Assembly: GCA_040377305.1 (NCBI GenBank) | Contig: JBEIPA010000020.1 | Location: 1 to 64,000, forward strand | Reading direction: 5' to 3' | Length of the DNA stretch: 64,000 bases | Source of the DNA: Flavobacteriales bacterium | Lineage (GTDB): Bacteria; Bacteroidota; Bacteroidia; Palsa-965 | Shown: piece by piece, positions 48,147-57,380 of the stretch | Layout: each line of letters starts with the position of its first letter | How positions within the stretch are numbered: the first letter of the stretch is position 1 | Notes under the pieces: generated by a model | Told to the model about the DNA's origin: nothing | Databases searched by the model: none | What the model saw: the letters and a program-made list of their open reading frames with translations, nothing else | Made by a program: the position numbers and the translations under genes

Positions 48147-49298
48147 TTATTCCTCACGGAAAAAATCGAGTCGCGATAAATGTACGATCTCGACATTCTG
48201 ATAATAAAAGTTGATGATGTACTCGTACGTGTAACCAAGTTTTGCCATGCGAATGCCACCTTCCTGACACATACCTACTCCATGTCCATAACCACGACCA
48301 GTGATCAGAATGCTGTCCTTCATTTCGGCTATTGAAAAGTACGCGGACTTCAACTGCCAATCGCTGCGAATGGTTTTGAACGGAATACGAATATTTCCAT
48401 ACACATATTCTTTTTCACGATCATATTGTGTCATGTGCAACGCTTTGTAACATGCCGCGCTGTCATTAACCGGATACTTGTGTTTTGTTTCGAGATAATT
48501 TAACCAATCGCTGCGCGCAATTTTTCTTTTCCAATACGCATTAGGCATGCTCGTGCAAAACGTGTCGCTCACCGAACGGAGATAAGAAAGCTGACCTCCC
48601 CAAACATCTTCAGAGTTTGCCGTTTCTCCACCGCAGTTTGAATGAAAAGCAGCGGTTACTAAATTCAAGCCACGATCAACAAGTACAAGTCCTTCTGTTT
48701 CGGCTACCGCTTGTTGTATCAACGGTTGTTGTGTTTTCCCGCGATAAACCTGACAATGTACACCGTCACACACATCAAATCCATCAATGAAATGACGATT
48801 GATATGTGCCAACGCGTATGTTCTGCAAATGATTGACTGCACTTTGTAGAATTCTAAAAACGATCGTCCTCCGGATTCTGATTCCACCACTCCACCGGTA
48901 TAACTCTCCAACATGACGTTATTCCGGCAGAATAGTTGTCCGGCCACAACTGAAACACGAAAATCTGAATCGTATGTTCGTGTTCCGCTGTTAGGCACAA
49001 TCGGTTTAATTCGAAAAGTGGATGTATCATTCAACGCCTGCAGAAAAAATGTCTGATAAATCCCCAACGTGTCTCCGGGAATCCGTACTTCAACCGAATC
49101 GCCTTTCATCGCGATTTGAAATACTTTGGTGAGCATGGTATCATTCTGCTGCACCCCGTCGAGTAGCAAACGATAGCTACCGCGTTGAACAGAAACGTTG
49201 ACCACGGATGTTTTCATCGTCGAAAGAATCCGCACATTCACACGTTGTGCATGGGCGAACAATGGAATGATGAATAAAGCAATCAACAACTTCCTCAT
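48147..49298 (-). CDS. SpoIID/LytB-domain lytic transglycosylase
   Basis: LESY..GVV.SE, RTYA, CDGVHCQVY, HSNCGG, GYGHGVGMCQ. Confidence 0.92.
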   Translation of the reverse strand: MRKLLIALFIIPLFAHAQRVNVRILSTMKTSVVNVSVQRGSYRLLLDGVQQNDTMLTKVFQIAMKGDSVEVRIPGDTLGIYQTFFLQALNDTSTFRIKPIVPNSGTRTYDSDFRVSVVAGQLFCRNNVMLESYTGGVVESESGGRSFLEFYKVQSIICRTYALAHINRHFIDGFDVCDGVHCQVYRGKTQQPLIQQAVAETEGLVLVDRGLNLVTAAFHSNCGGETANSEDVWGGQLSYLRSVSDTFCTSMPNAYWKRKIARSDWLNYLETKHKYPVNDSAACYKALHMTQYDREKEYVYGNIRIPFKTIRSDWQLKSAYFSIAEMKDSILITGRGYGHGVGMCQEGGIRMAKLGYTYEYIINFYYQNVEIVHLSRLDFFREE

Positions 49299-50386
49299 TT
49301 CGCGAGATAATTCTTAATGTGTTCTGCGGTGCGTGCCGAAGCTCCAGTTCCGCCGAGTTTTGTTTTCAAATCTGCATACTGGTGCATTATTCTCTCCCGA
49401 TCACTTCCGAGCAGTTTCGTCAGTTCTTCAGTAATCAAACGCGCATTCATATCCTCCTGTATCAGCTCGCGAACAATTTCTTTGTCCATGATGAGATTGA
49501 CGAGAGAGATGTATTTCACTTTCACCAATCGCTTTGCAATGTGATAGGAAATCAAGGAACCTTTGTAACAAACAACTTCCGGCACATCGTGTAATGCTGT
49601 TTCCAGCGTAGCCGTTCCCGATGTCACCACTGCTGCCTGCGCATTCTTCAACAACGGATATGTTTGTCCAAATACAATTTCAATGCCGCTGTTTCCTAAA
49701 ATATCCTTGTAAAACGATTCCTGTTGAGAAGGAGCTCCGGCAATGACGAAACGATACTCAGGAAAGTGTTTCACAACTTTCATCATCTCGGGTAGCATCG
49801 TGCGGATTTCCTGTTTGCGGCTTCCGGGCAGAACTGCAATGATCTTTCTCCCATCTTGTGAAAGTGAAAGCTCTTTGGAAGGCTGATCGAGTGCATCAAG
49901 CAAAGGATGGCCAACGAATTCAACATCGTAACCAAATCCTTTGTAGAAATCCTTCTCGAACGGAAGTATGCAAAACACTTTATCGGTGTTCGCAGCAATT
50001 TTATGTACGCGCGATTGTTTCCAGGCCCAGATCTGCGGCGAGATGTAATAGAAAACCGGAATTCTGATTTCCTTCGCAAATGGAGCGATGCGCAAATTAA
50101 AACCTGGATAGTCAACGAGAATCAGTGCATCCGGTTTCCATTGCTGAATGTCGGCTTTGCACGCGTCAATGTTTTTGAGAATGGTACGGAGATTCGCAAC
50201 TACTTCGATGAATCCCATAAAGGCAAGATCGCGGTAGTGTCGAACGAGATGTGTTCCTTGTGCTTGCATTAAATCGCCACCGAATCCGCGAAACTCAGCA
50301 CCGGGGTCGTTCTTCCTGATCTCCTTAAGCAAATTACTTGCGTGAAGATCACCTGAAGCTTCTCCGGCGATGACGTAATACTTCAT
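49295..50386 (-). CDS. lpxB: lipid-A-disaccharide synthase
   Basis: AGEASGD, DYPGFN, SPQIWAW, VGHPL, LPGSR, SGTATLE. Confidence 0.97.
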   Translation of the reverse strand: MKYYVIAGEASGDLHASNLLKEIRKNDPGAEFRGFGGDLMQAQGTHLVRHYRDLAFMGFIEVVANLRTILKNIDACKADIQQWKPDALILVDYPGFNLRIAPFAKEIRIPVFYYISPQIWAWKQSRVHKIAANTDKVFCILPFEKDFYKGFGYDVEFVGHPLLDALDQPSKELSLSQDGRKIIAVLPGSRKQEIRTMLPEMMKVVKHFPEYRFVIAGAPSQQESFYKDILGNSGIEIVFGQTYPLLKNAQAAVVTSGTATLETALHDVPEVVCYKGSLISYHIAKRLVKVKYISLVNLIMDKEIVRELIQEDMNARLITEELTKLLGSDRERIMHQYADLKTKLGGTGASARTAEHIKNYLAK

Positions 50387-50685
50387 CAGGCGATGAATTT
50401 TTCATAGATCACCCAAACGGTATAACCCATCGTTGCGAATAAAACTCCACGTGCAGCTTTGTTCATGTTTCCCCAGATGAACCCGAAGAACAACGGAAGG
50501 TTTGATGCATACACACTAAGGCTCATCGTTGCTACCAAAACATGGCGTTGCGAAAAGTAATCGAGAAATCCGGTGAAAGATGTTTGATACCGATACGTGA
50601 ACAACCAGTATATGTACATGCCCACTATCGGCATGATAGCTCCGATCACTAATCCGAGAATGATATTGTCGAGTTTCTGCTTCAT
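50386..50685 (-). CDS. small membrane protein
   Basis: 99 aa, 3 TM, coupled between surE and lpxB. Confidence 0.75.
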   Translation of the reverse strand: MKQKLDNIILGLVIGAIMPIVGMYIYWLFTYRYQTSFTGFLDYFSQRHVLVATMSLSVYASNLPLFFGFIWGNMNKAARGVLFATMGYTVWVIYEKFIA

Positions 50686-51461
50686 GCGATTGTGCCGTTG
50701 AGTGAACTGATTTCCTGAAGCGACTTATGCGCAGTTAAATCAAATTGAGAAGGCACAACGGAAACGTATCCGTTCTCCAGCGCCCAAACATCTGTATCAT
50801 CTTTACCCGGTTCGAAATTCTCGAAATGTCCGGTGAGCCAGTAATATTTTCTTCCTGAAGGATCTGTGCGCTCATCGAGTTCTTCATTCCATGTTCCGCT
50901 CGCTTGTCTGCAGGTTCTTATGCCTTTGATTTCATCAAGGTGCAAACGCGGTATGTTCACGTTCAGACATACTCCTTTGGTGAGTCCGTTCTTTAACACC
51001 CACGAACAGATTTTCTGCGCTATAACTGACGACGCTGTGAAATCTGCTTCGATGGAATAATCGAGCAAGGAAAAACCAATCGAAGGAACACCTTCAATCG
51101 CGCCTTCCATTGCCGCCGACATGGTACCGGAGTAAATGATATTGATGGAATGATTTGCGCCGTGATTGATTCCGGAAAGAACCAAATCAGGTTTGCGTGG
51201 CAAAAGCTTATTGATTGCCATCTTCACACAATCGACAGGAGTACCCGTGCAACTCCAGCTTTCAACACCCGCATGCGCATTCACTTTATCGACACGTAAA
51301 GTTGCGTTAATCGTAATCGCGTGCCCCATTCCCGACTGAGGTTTGTCTGGAGCCACAACAACAACATCGCCCAGCGCTGCAGCAACTTTTACAAGTGTTG
51401 TAATTCCCGGGGCGTGAATGCCGTCATCGTTGGTTACGAGAATAAGTGGTTTATGCGACAT
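50682..51461 (-). CDS. surE: 5'/3'-nucleotidase SurE
   Basis: ILVTNDDG, QSG, GTPVDCV, SGINHG, YSGT. Confidence 0.97.
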   Translation of the reverse strand: MSHKPLILVTNDDGIHAPGITTLVKVAAALGDVVVVAPDKPQSGMGHAITINATLRVDKVNAHAGVESWSCTGTPVDCVKMAINKLLPRKPDLVLSGINHGANHSINIIYSGTMSAAMEGAIEGVPSIGFSLLDYSIEADFTASSVIAQKICSWVLKNGLTKGVCLNVNIPRLHLDEIKGIRTCRQASGTWNEELDERTDPSGRKYYWLTGHFENFEPGKDDTDVWALENGYVSVVPSQFDLTAHKSLQEISSLNGTIA

Positions 51462-51553
51462 GTTACAAAACTAACCTCTAGTATTCCACTTCCTGTCCCG
51501 AAACCGTCGAGTAATCAAGAGTGGAATGTTAAAAACAGTTAGCATAAGCGAAC

Positions 51554-51689
51554 GCGACTCTATGGAGTCGCATATTCCTAACAAAACGCCCCTTTCTAAA
51601 GTCCCAATGCGCGGCGCCTTCGGCGCCGCGCATTGGGACGGAGAGTAGCCACTGGTACTTGTTAGGAATATGCGACGCCATAGCGTCGT
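51554..51689. repeat. nested palindrome: REP-like IR pair around a perfect 18-bp GC-rich hairpin
   Basis: GTCGCATATTCCTAACAA/TTGTTAGGAATATGCGAC outer IR; inner stem 51601-51618/51622-51639. Confidence 0.85.
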
Positions 51690-51699
51690 AAAATTGTAA

Positions 51700-51742
51700 G
51701 CAAACAACAAGTCCCCCAACTGCTACTGCAGAGGAGGACTTG
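51700..51742 (-). terminator. probable terminator of hsp20
   Basis: Imperfect stem CAAGTCCCCCAACTGC/GCAGAGGAGGACTTG with U-rich tail on - strand. Confidence 0.6.
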
Positions 51743-51828
51743 CCTGCATAAACCCAACCTAACCCACTTTACCCGCTTATGCCACACGGATTTCGTTGTG
51801 TCAGGATTTCACTCCCGACAATGTTCAC

Positions 51829-52269
51829 TTATGCGATTTTGATTTCTTTCGCCACTTTTTCAGGCGCAACTTCCTTCTTCGGCAACGCAATCTTCAGGAT
51901 TCCATTCTCGTATGCTGCTGCGATTCTTTCTACATCAACCGCATTTTCTTTGATCCGGAATGAACGTGAGAATGATCCGTAAGAGAATTCGCGACGTGTA
52001 TAATTCTTCTCGTCTTTGTTTGCTTCCGTTTTGTGTTCAGCACTGATGGAGAGTACTTCTTTCTCGAGGTTGATTTTGAAATCTTCCTTCGAGAATCCCG
52101 GAGCAGAAACTTCAAGGTTCCATTCTTTATCGTTCTCAGAAATATTTACTGAAGGAACGAATGATGCGAAATCTTTTCCGTCAAAAGTGTCTTCGAAATA
52201 AGAAGGAAGTGTTCCAAAAAGTGATGAAGGAAACATTCTTCGAGCTGGTGAAAATTTAAGTGTGTTCAT
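51829..52269 (-). CDS. Hsp20/alpha-crystallin small heat-shock protein
   Basis: PSVNI.E, APGFSKEDF, RREF.YGSFSRSF, AAYENGIL.I.LPK. Confidence 0.95.
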   Translation of the reverse strand: MNTLKFSPARRMFPSSLFGTLPSYFEDTFDGKDFASFVPSVNISENDKEWNLEVSAPGFSKEDFKINLEKEVLSISAEHKTEANKDEKNYTRREFSYGSFSRSFRIKENAVDVERIAAAYENGILKIALPKKEVAPEKVAKEIKIA

Positions 52270-52427
52270 GATATTTTGTTTTTATAGAGTTTGACTTGTT
52301 TGGTACAATATGATCAAAGCACAGACCACTGCAATTTTCAAGTCAAAGCGTCAGTTTTCATTGACAAAACGCGACAAAATTTCAGATTGGACCCAAAGTT
52401 TCTGCCAGAAATGCCGACTTTAGGCCT

Positions 52428-53315
52428 GTGAAAAAACGCGTTGCATTCGTCATCAATCCAAAATCGGGCAGCGATCGGAAAACAGATCGTGTGGCATTGA
52501 TCAGAAATAATCTTTCCGACAAGTATGATGCAACTATTTTCGAGTGGAAGAAAGTTGGTGACCGCGATCGCATTTTCAAAGAAGTACTCGAAGGCGGATT
52601 TGATATCGCTGTTGCCGTAGGTGGAGATGGAACAGTGAGTCAACTTGCGTCGGCACTGTGTAATTCCAATGTTGCATTAGGAATTATACCATTCGGTTCC
52701 GGCAACGGACTCGCCCGACACTTACAGGTTCCGATGGATCGCGTTGCAGCAATCAGACTCATTGCCGACGGTGCGATTCAAACCATAGACAAAGGCATCA
52801 TAAACGGACAAGACTTCTTCTGTACTTGCGGAACGGGTTTCGATGCACGAATCGGAAAGTTGTTTGCCGATAGCTCTACACGGGGCTTCTGGACTTATGC
52901 GCGATTAATTCTCCGTGAATACAGAAAGTACAATCCCGAACAGTATCGCATCACGCTTGACGGAAAAGTAATCGAACGAGATGCATTTCTGGTGACTGTT
53001 GCAAACGCCGGCCAATACGGAAACAATGCGTGGATTGCACCGGGAGCGCTTGTGAATGATGGATTACTTCGCGTAGTCGTTCTCAAACCTTTTCGCTGGT
53101 GGAAATTGCCGAGTCTCATTCGTAAAGTATTCTTTAAACAGATGCAGACTTCGAAATACGCGGAGACTTACACGGCGAAAGAAATCAGAATTGAACGTGT
53201 AGATAAAGGTCCGGCGCATTACGATGGTGAGCCAACTGAATTCGGAACAACGCTGGATATTAAAGTTGTACCGGCGTGTTTGAAAGTTGTCGTTGCTGCC
53301 GACTTTAAAGGCTAA
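52428..53315 (+). CDS. diacylglycerol/lipid kinase (YegS-like)
   Basis: INPKSG, GGDGT, PFGSGNGLAR, GFDA, YDGE. Confidence 0.92.
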   Translation: MKKRVAFVINPKSGSDRKTDRVALIRNNLSDKYDATIFEWKKVGDRDRIFKEVLEGGFDIAVAVGGDGTVSQLASALCNSNVALGIIPFGSGNGLARHLQVPMDRVAAIRLIADGAIQTIDKGIINGQDFFCTCGTGFDARIGKLFADSSTRGFWTYARLILREYRKYNPEQYRITLDGKVIERDAFLVTVANAGQYGNNAWIAPGALVNDGLLRVVVLKPFRWWKLPSLIRKVFFKQMQTSKYAETYTAKEIRIERVDKGPAHYDGEPTEFGTTLDIKVVPACLKVVVAADFKG

Positions 53316-53344
53316 CGACGTATGCATAGGCGAGCGGCGGATAC

Positions 53345-53623
53345 TCAAGTGAGCGGTGGATCTTAAGCCGTGGGCTGAAGCCGCGCGGTTATCACTTGAA
53401 CTTTTCTATTGTAGAGGTTTGGGGATATAAAGTTGCATCGCAACTTTATATCCCCAAACCATTTTCTCTTATGCCTCAAGTGATAACCGCTCGGCTTCAG
53501 CCGGCGGGACTTATCTGAACTAGCAATACATCGTGAGCTTAATGACATTGGGCTTCAGCCAGCGGCACTCCTCTGAACTAGCAATACATCGTGAGCTTAA
53601 TGACATTGGGCTTCAGCCCGCGG
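53345..53623. repeat. composite GGCTGAAGCC-family REP cluster with perfect 21-bp hairpin and 47-bp direct repeat
   Basis: 27-bp IR 53373-53399/53476-53502; stem 53416-53436/53440-53460; exact repeats 53514-53560 and 53572-53618. Confidence 0.9.
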
Positions 53624-53632
53624 AATTAAGAT

Positions 53633-54175
53633 CTATTCAGGAATCACACTCGTCACTCCAAGAAACCGCTTCGGATATCCCGACTTGTAATAATTCGTGA
53701 TCACAACACCGTAGTGTTTATCAGAAGACGAAGAGTGAATGAACTGCAGTGAATCTCCTTCGTTCGAAATTACAATTCCAACGTGTCCAACACTGCGGTC
53801 ACGATGATCGGTGCCGGTGAACAACATGATATCGCCTTTCCTGCACGTCTCCAGCGTAACGCGGGTTCCGACTGTAGAATAATCTTTCGATGATCTCGGA
53901 AGTTGCACGCCAAAATGATTGAACACAAACCAGGTGAATCCTGAACAATCAAATCCGCCGGAAGGAGATGCGTTTGCGTATTTGTAAGGAGTTCCGAGAA
54001 ATGTTTTTGCGTAGTCGACAACACTGTCACGCGTTGCTGCTGTTGCCACAAATTCCTGCCGTATCGAAACTTGTTCGATTACTTCCCCAGCCTGTGTACG
54101 TTGATTGTGCTCATTACAAGTAACACCTAACGCTGAGAAAGCATGTGCAAGAATAAATGACGCTACTACGCTCAT
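53633..54175 (-). CDS. NlpC/P60 (C40) cell-wall peptidase
   Basis: LGTPY, GFDCSGF, LPRSS, GHVGI, FIHSSS. Confidence 0.92.
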   Translation of the reverse strand: MSVVASFILAHAFSALGVTCNEHNQRTQAGEVIEQVSIRQEFVATAATRDSVVDYAKTFLGTPYKYANASPSGGFDCSGFTWFVFNHFGVQLPRSSKDYSTVGTRVTLETCRKGDIMLFTGTDHRDRSVGHVGIVISNEGDSLQFIHSSSSDKHYGVVITNYYKSGYPKRFLGVTSVIPE

Positions 54176-55158
54176 TTTCCTTCGAAGTATTCAAATGCAT
54201 TTACGAGGTCGAGGTAAACTCCATCAAATCCGGATGCAACAACGCGGTTAACGTAAGAATCGCCGCTATTGCCAGTGATGATGTGTTTCCACGTCGGATC
54301 CCAATAGTTAACGTAATAATTAGCGTTCCAGTATGGGTCTTCTTCTACGATAAATGACGGCGGAGATGCCATCCAGAATGGTTTCCAGTACCAACGATAG
54401 CTTTCTGCCTGACCAATGCTCATGTAAGAAAGAACCAGCCGCGTTCCTCCTTGTGGTTTCGTACGAAGACTATCGAGATCAGCTTGAGTGAGCGATTCTG
54501 TTTCACTGAAGAATGCATCGATGATGAGTACATCGTGATGTGATTGCTTCAATGCGTCGATGTATGCAGCTTTTGTATCCTGAGTTGGATTGATCATGAA
54601 CAGAAAATTCTGCGCATCGGAAAGTGCGAGAATATTATTCGTGTTTTCGTTGTGCGGATTGGTCTGCACTTTATCGAGCTCGCGCGATTCAGCTGCGAAA
54701 CCAATGAAACCTTCTGCATCGTTCTTCGCATAGGAATCAACAATCAGGTCGGGAGCGCTGCAATAGTCGATCACCAACACAGAAAGATTGTGTGTAGTTG
54801 CGAATCTGCATTGCGTCAACCAAAGCTGAGCTTCTTCATGCGTCTGGCTTACGAAGTTGTTCTGGTTGTCGTAACCATAGAACAATTCTTCCTGTCCGCA
54901 ACCGTCAATTGCTGCGATGTAATCAGCACTCGGCGTTCCATTTCCACCGTCTTCACTCGAAAGCAGTTGCATTCCGTTTTGCGGGACTACAATGAATCCG
55001 GGTTTAAGCGATTCCCCGTGTTCACTGATTTCGATCACGAACTTTCGCATCTCTTCGCGGTAGTCGGGCTTCACCGAATCGGTCGAACAAGCCTGAAACA
55101 GAACAATTGCCGAAGCAAGACCAATGTATTTTCTCAAAAGGAGTATGATTTTTTCCAA
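54172..55158 (-). CDS. endo-alpha-1,4-polygalactosaminidase-like lipoprotein (MJ1477/TM1410 type)
   Basis: Lipobox FQAC; VPQNG, YMSIGQAESYRWYW, GFDGVYLD. Confidence 0.82.
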   Translation of the reverse strand: MEKIILLLRKYIGLASAIVLFQACSTDSVKPDYREEMRKFVIEISEHGESLKPGFIVVPQNGMQLLSSEDGGNGTPSADYIAAIDGCGQEELFYGYDNQNNFVSQTHEEAQLWLTQCRFATTHNLSVLVIDYCSAPDLIVDSYAKNDAEGFIGFAAESRELDKVQTNPHNENTNNILALSDAQNFLFMINPTQDTKAAYIDALKQSHHDVLIIDAFFSETESLTQADLDSLRTKPQGGTRLVLSYMSIGQAESYRWYWKPFWMASPPSFIVEEDPYWNANYYVNYWDPTWKHIITGNSGDSYVNRVVASGFDGVYLDLVNAFEYFEGK

Positions 55159-55244
55159 AATTACTGAAAAGTATTACTTTTGCAGTCCCTAAAAACCGCG
55201 TAATTCACGACTTTTAGGTTGTTCTTTCCGCATAGTAGAGTAAT

Positions 55245-55324
55245 GCCCAGGTGGCGAAATTGGTAGACGCACCATCTTGAGGGGGTGGCGAGCAATCGTA
55301 GGAGTTCGAATCTCCTCCTGGGCA
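55245..55324 (+). tRNA. tRNA-Leu(GAG)
   Basis: GCCCAGG acceptor stem, anticodon arm CCATC-TTGAGGG-GGTGG, GTTCGAA T-loop; CCA not encoded; TACTTTTG -7 element near 55175. Confidence 0.95.
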
Positions 55325-55411
55325 CTTTCGATTAGTTGATTTCCGATTAGTTTATTTCCAGTTGATTCATCAATTGGCATATCGGAAATCGGCTGATCGG
55401 CACATCGAATT

Positions 55412-55496
55412 GCCCACGTGGCGAAATTGGTAAACGTTGCGGTCTCAGAAGCCGTTGTCATTAGACTTAAGAGTTCGAGTCTCTTCGTGGGCACCA
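55412..55496 (+). tRNA. tRNA-Leu(CAG)
   Basis: GCCCACG acceptor stem, anticodon arm GCGGT-CTCAGAA-GCCGT, GTTCGAG T-loop, encoded CCA. Confidence 0.95.
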
Positions 55497-55794
55497 ATTG
55501 CAGAAGCAGCGCGAGAAGTGAGAAAGAGTGAAGAGGTTCTGTACACAACATCGTTCCTAAGTTGCGTACTGAGTTTCTGCAAATGCACTCTTTCTCGCGT
55601 TGTTTCTCTCCAAATGCTGTTCGGGGAAAAAGTGATTGAACAGAAAGAGCTCATCATTCGGGAGTGTCTCACTGTTTCAATTTCCTTCTTCAGAAAGATT
55701 TCCGGAGCGCGCAACAAAATTTGCCGGAACTTTAGTAGAAATTTAAAAGATGCTGTTCACTGGGAGCAGTAACCTGAGTGAAGCCAAGTAATCC

Positions 55795-56238
55795 GTGAAG
55801 ACAGTAGTAATCCTCAACAAAAAAGCTTCCTTCGAGTTTTCCTTTCTGGAAAAGTACGTGGCTGGAATGGTGTTGACCGGAACGGAAATCAAATCGATAC
55901 GACTGGGCAAAGCGAATATTACGGATGGATTCTGCCTGATTCATGGCGAGGAGATCATCGTGCGCAACATCGAGATTGCTATCTACGAGAAAGGCACGCA
56001 TTACAATCACGAGCCGAAACGCGACCGCAAACTGTTGCTGAAAAAATCGGAAATCAGAAAACTGATGGGCAAGATGAAGGATCAGGGATTGGCGATTATT
56101 CCTCTGAAGCTATTTATCAGTGACGAAGGTTGGGCGAAACTGGAAATTACCCTGGCAAAAGGAAAGAAGCTCTTCGATAAGCGACAGGATATTAAGAAGA
56201 AAGATACGGAGCGTGAGACGCAGCGGAAGCTGAAGTAG
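55795..56238 (+). CDS. smpB: SsrA-binding protein
   Basis: NKKA, AGMVLTGTEIKSIR, HEPKRDRKLLL, KGKKLFDKR. Confidence 0.97.
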   Translation: MKTVVILNKKASFEFSFLEKYVAGMVLTGTEIKSIRLGKANITDGFCLIHGEEIIVRNIEIAIYEKGTHYNHEPKRDRKLLLKKSEIRKLMGKMKDQGLAIIPLKLFISDEGWAKLEITLAKGKKLFDKRQDIKKKDTERETQRKLK

Positions 56239-56278
56239 TTCCCGGTTCTAAGTTCTAGGTTCTAGGTTCTAGGTTCTA
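56238..56278. repeat. heptamer tandem repeat (GGTTCTA)n
   Basis: About 5 imperfect copies directly after the smpB stop. Confidence 0.8.
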
Positions 56279-56310
56279 AATAGAGTTTTATACTTGAAGT
56301 ATATACCACA

Positions 56311-56345
56311 CAAAAAAAGCGCTCACCTTTCGGTAAGCGCTTTTC
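56311..56345. terminator. bidirectional terminator between smpB and the OMP gene
   Basis: AAAAAAAGCGCT..AGCGCTTTT stem with A- and T-runs. Confidence 0.85.
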
Positions 56346-56363
56346 AATTAATATCTACTTAGA

Positions 56364-57242
56364 CTAGAAGTGGAAATGGATAAGAACAGCAGCTGGTGCA
56401 AGACCGAATGCGTTGTTATCTGTGTCAACACCAAACATTGACCATTTAGCAGTTGTAGTTGTAGTTGTTCCAACACGGTTGTTTGGAGCATCCCAGAACT
56501 CAGAAGTTGAAGTTCCTTCTCCGATAGAGCTGAACATCAATCCCCAACCGAATTCACCACCGATAGAAATTTTAGGAAGGATGAAGAACTCAGCTCCAAC
56601 GAATCCGCGAAGACCAAAGCCCATTTCAGTTCCGTACTTTCTTTCAGTTGTACGTGATGCAGCAGGACCCGAAGAGAATCCGCCACCAGGAAGTGGAGTT
56701 GTGAAATCTGTAGTAACTGGCATCTGGTAAGTTGCGTCGATTACGTTACCGTAAGTGTAAGTGTCTTTAGCTCCGCTCATAGTGAACATTGCCATTCCAC
56801 CCCAGTAACCCTGAAGACGACCTTTTCCACGGCGCCACTCAAGACCACCACCAAGACCGATGAAATTTCCAGACGCTTTCATTTCGTCAAGAACCATTTC
56901 AGGCGGGTTAGATACTGTTCCGTTCTTAGTAACGTAGTTAGCAGACTTTGTGCTTCCGAATCCGATACGAAGCATACCACGGTAAGCCATTGTCTCAGAA
57001 GCAAACATTTTGCCTGTGATCATAGCACCGTTGTTTGTGAAATTCCATCCGAATGGAGCGTTGCCTTGTGTTCCGTTTGCCAAATTACCGAAGTAGTTAA
57101 GCAAAGGGTATGCATCCACGCCAATTGCGTAATCGCCAGCCTCAGGAAGAATCGGCTCACCTTTTTTCGAAGTGAGGTCCTGAGCAAATGCTGTGGTCAC
57201 ACCAAAAGCAAGAGCTGCAATGAATAGTGATGATTTTTTCAT
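56364..57242 (-). CDS. outer-membrane beta-barrel protein
   Basis: Signal peptide from MKKSSLF; amphipathic strands; G.E.F..PKISIGGEFG; C-terminal FHF. Confidence 0.82.
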   Translation of the reverse strand: MKKSSLFIAALAFGVTTAFAQDLTSKKGEPILPEAGDYAIGVDAYPLLNYFGNLANGTQGNAPFGWNFTNNGAMITGKMFASETMAYRGMLRIGFGSTKSANYVTKNGTVSNPPEMVLDEMKASGNFIGLGGGLEWRRGKGRLQGYWGGMAMFTMSGAKDTYTYGNVIDATYQMPVTTDFTTPLPGGGFSSGPAASRTTERKYGTEMGFGLRGFVGAEFFILPKISIGGEFGWGLMFSSIGEGTSTSEFWDAPNNRVGTTTTTTAKWSMFGVDTDNNAFGLAPAAVLIHFHF

Positions 57243-57380
57243 AATGTGTGGTTTTGGTTTTACTTGTTTAGAGTTCAAAGTTATAATCCCTACACGAGGG
57301 AGATGTGCCCAAATGTCCGAATTTCTTCGTTATTGGCTTATTAACAATTCGGTACTTGTTAACGGATTTCTGTTCATATC

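Noticed and set aside
53514-53618. Mini CRISPR array with 47-bp repeats
   Set aside because: Only two copies with an 11-bp gap, embedded in a REP cluster; no cas genes.
55189-55772. ORFs overlapping the tRNA region
   Set aside because: Shadow frames of two tRNAs and structured intergenic DNA.
55499-55790. tmRNA next to smpB
   Set aside because: No GGGG 5' end, no tRNA-Ala-like T-arm and CCA end, no tag reading frame.
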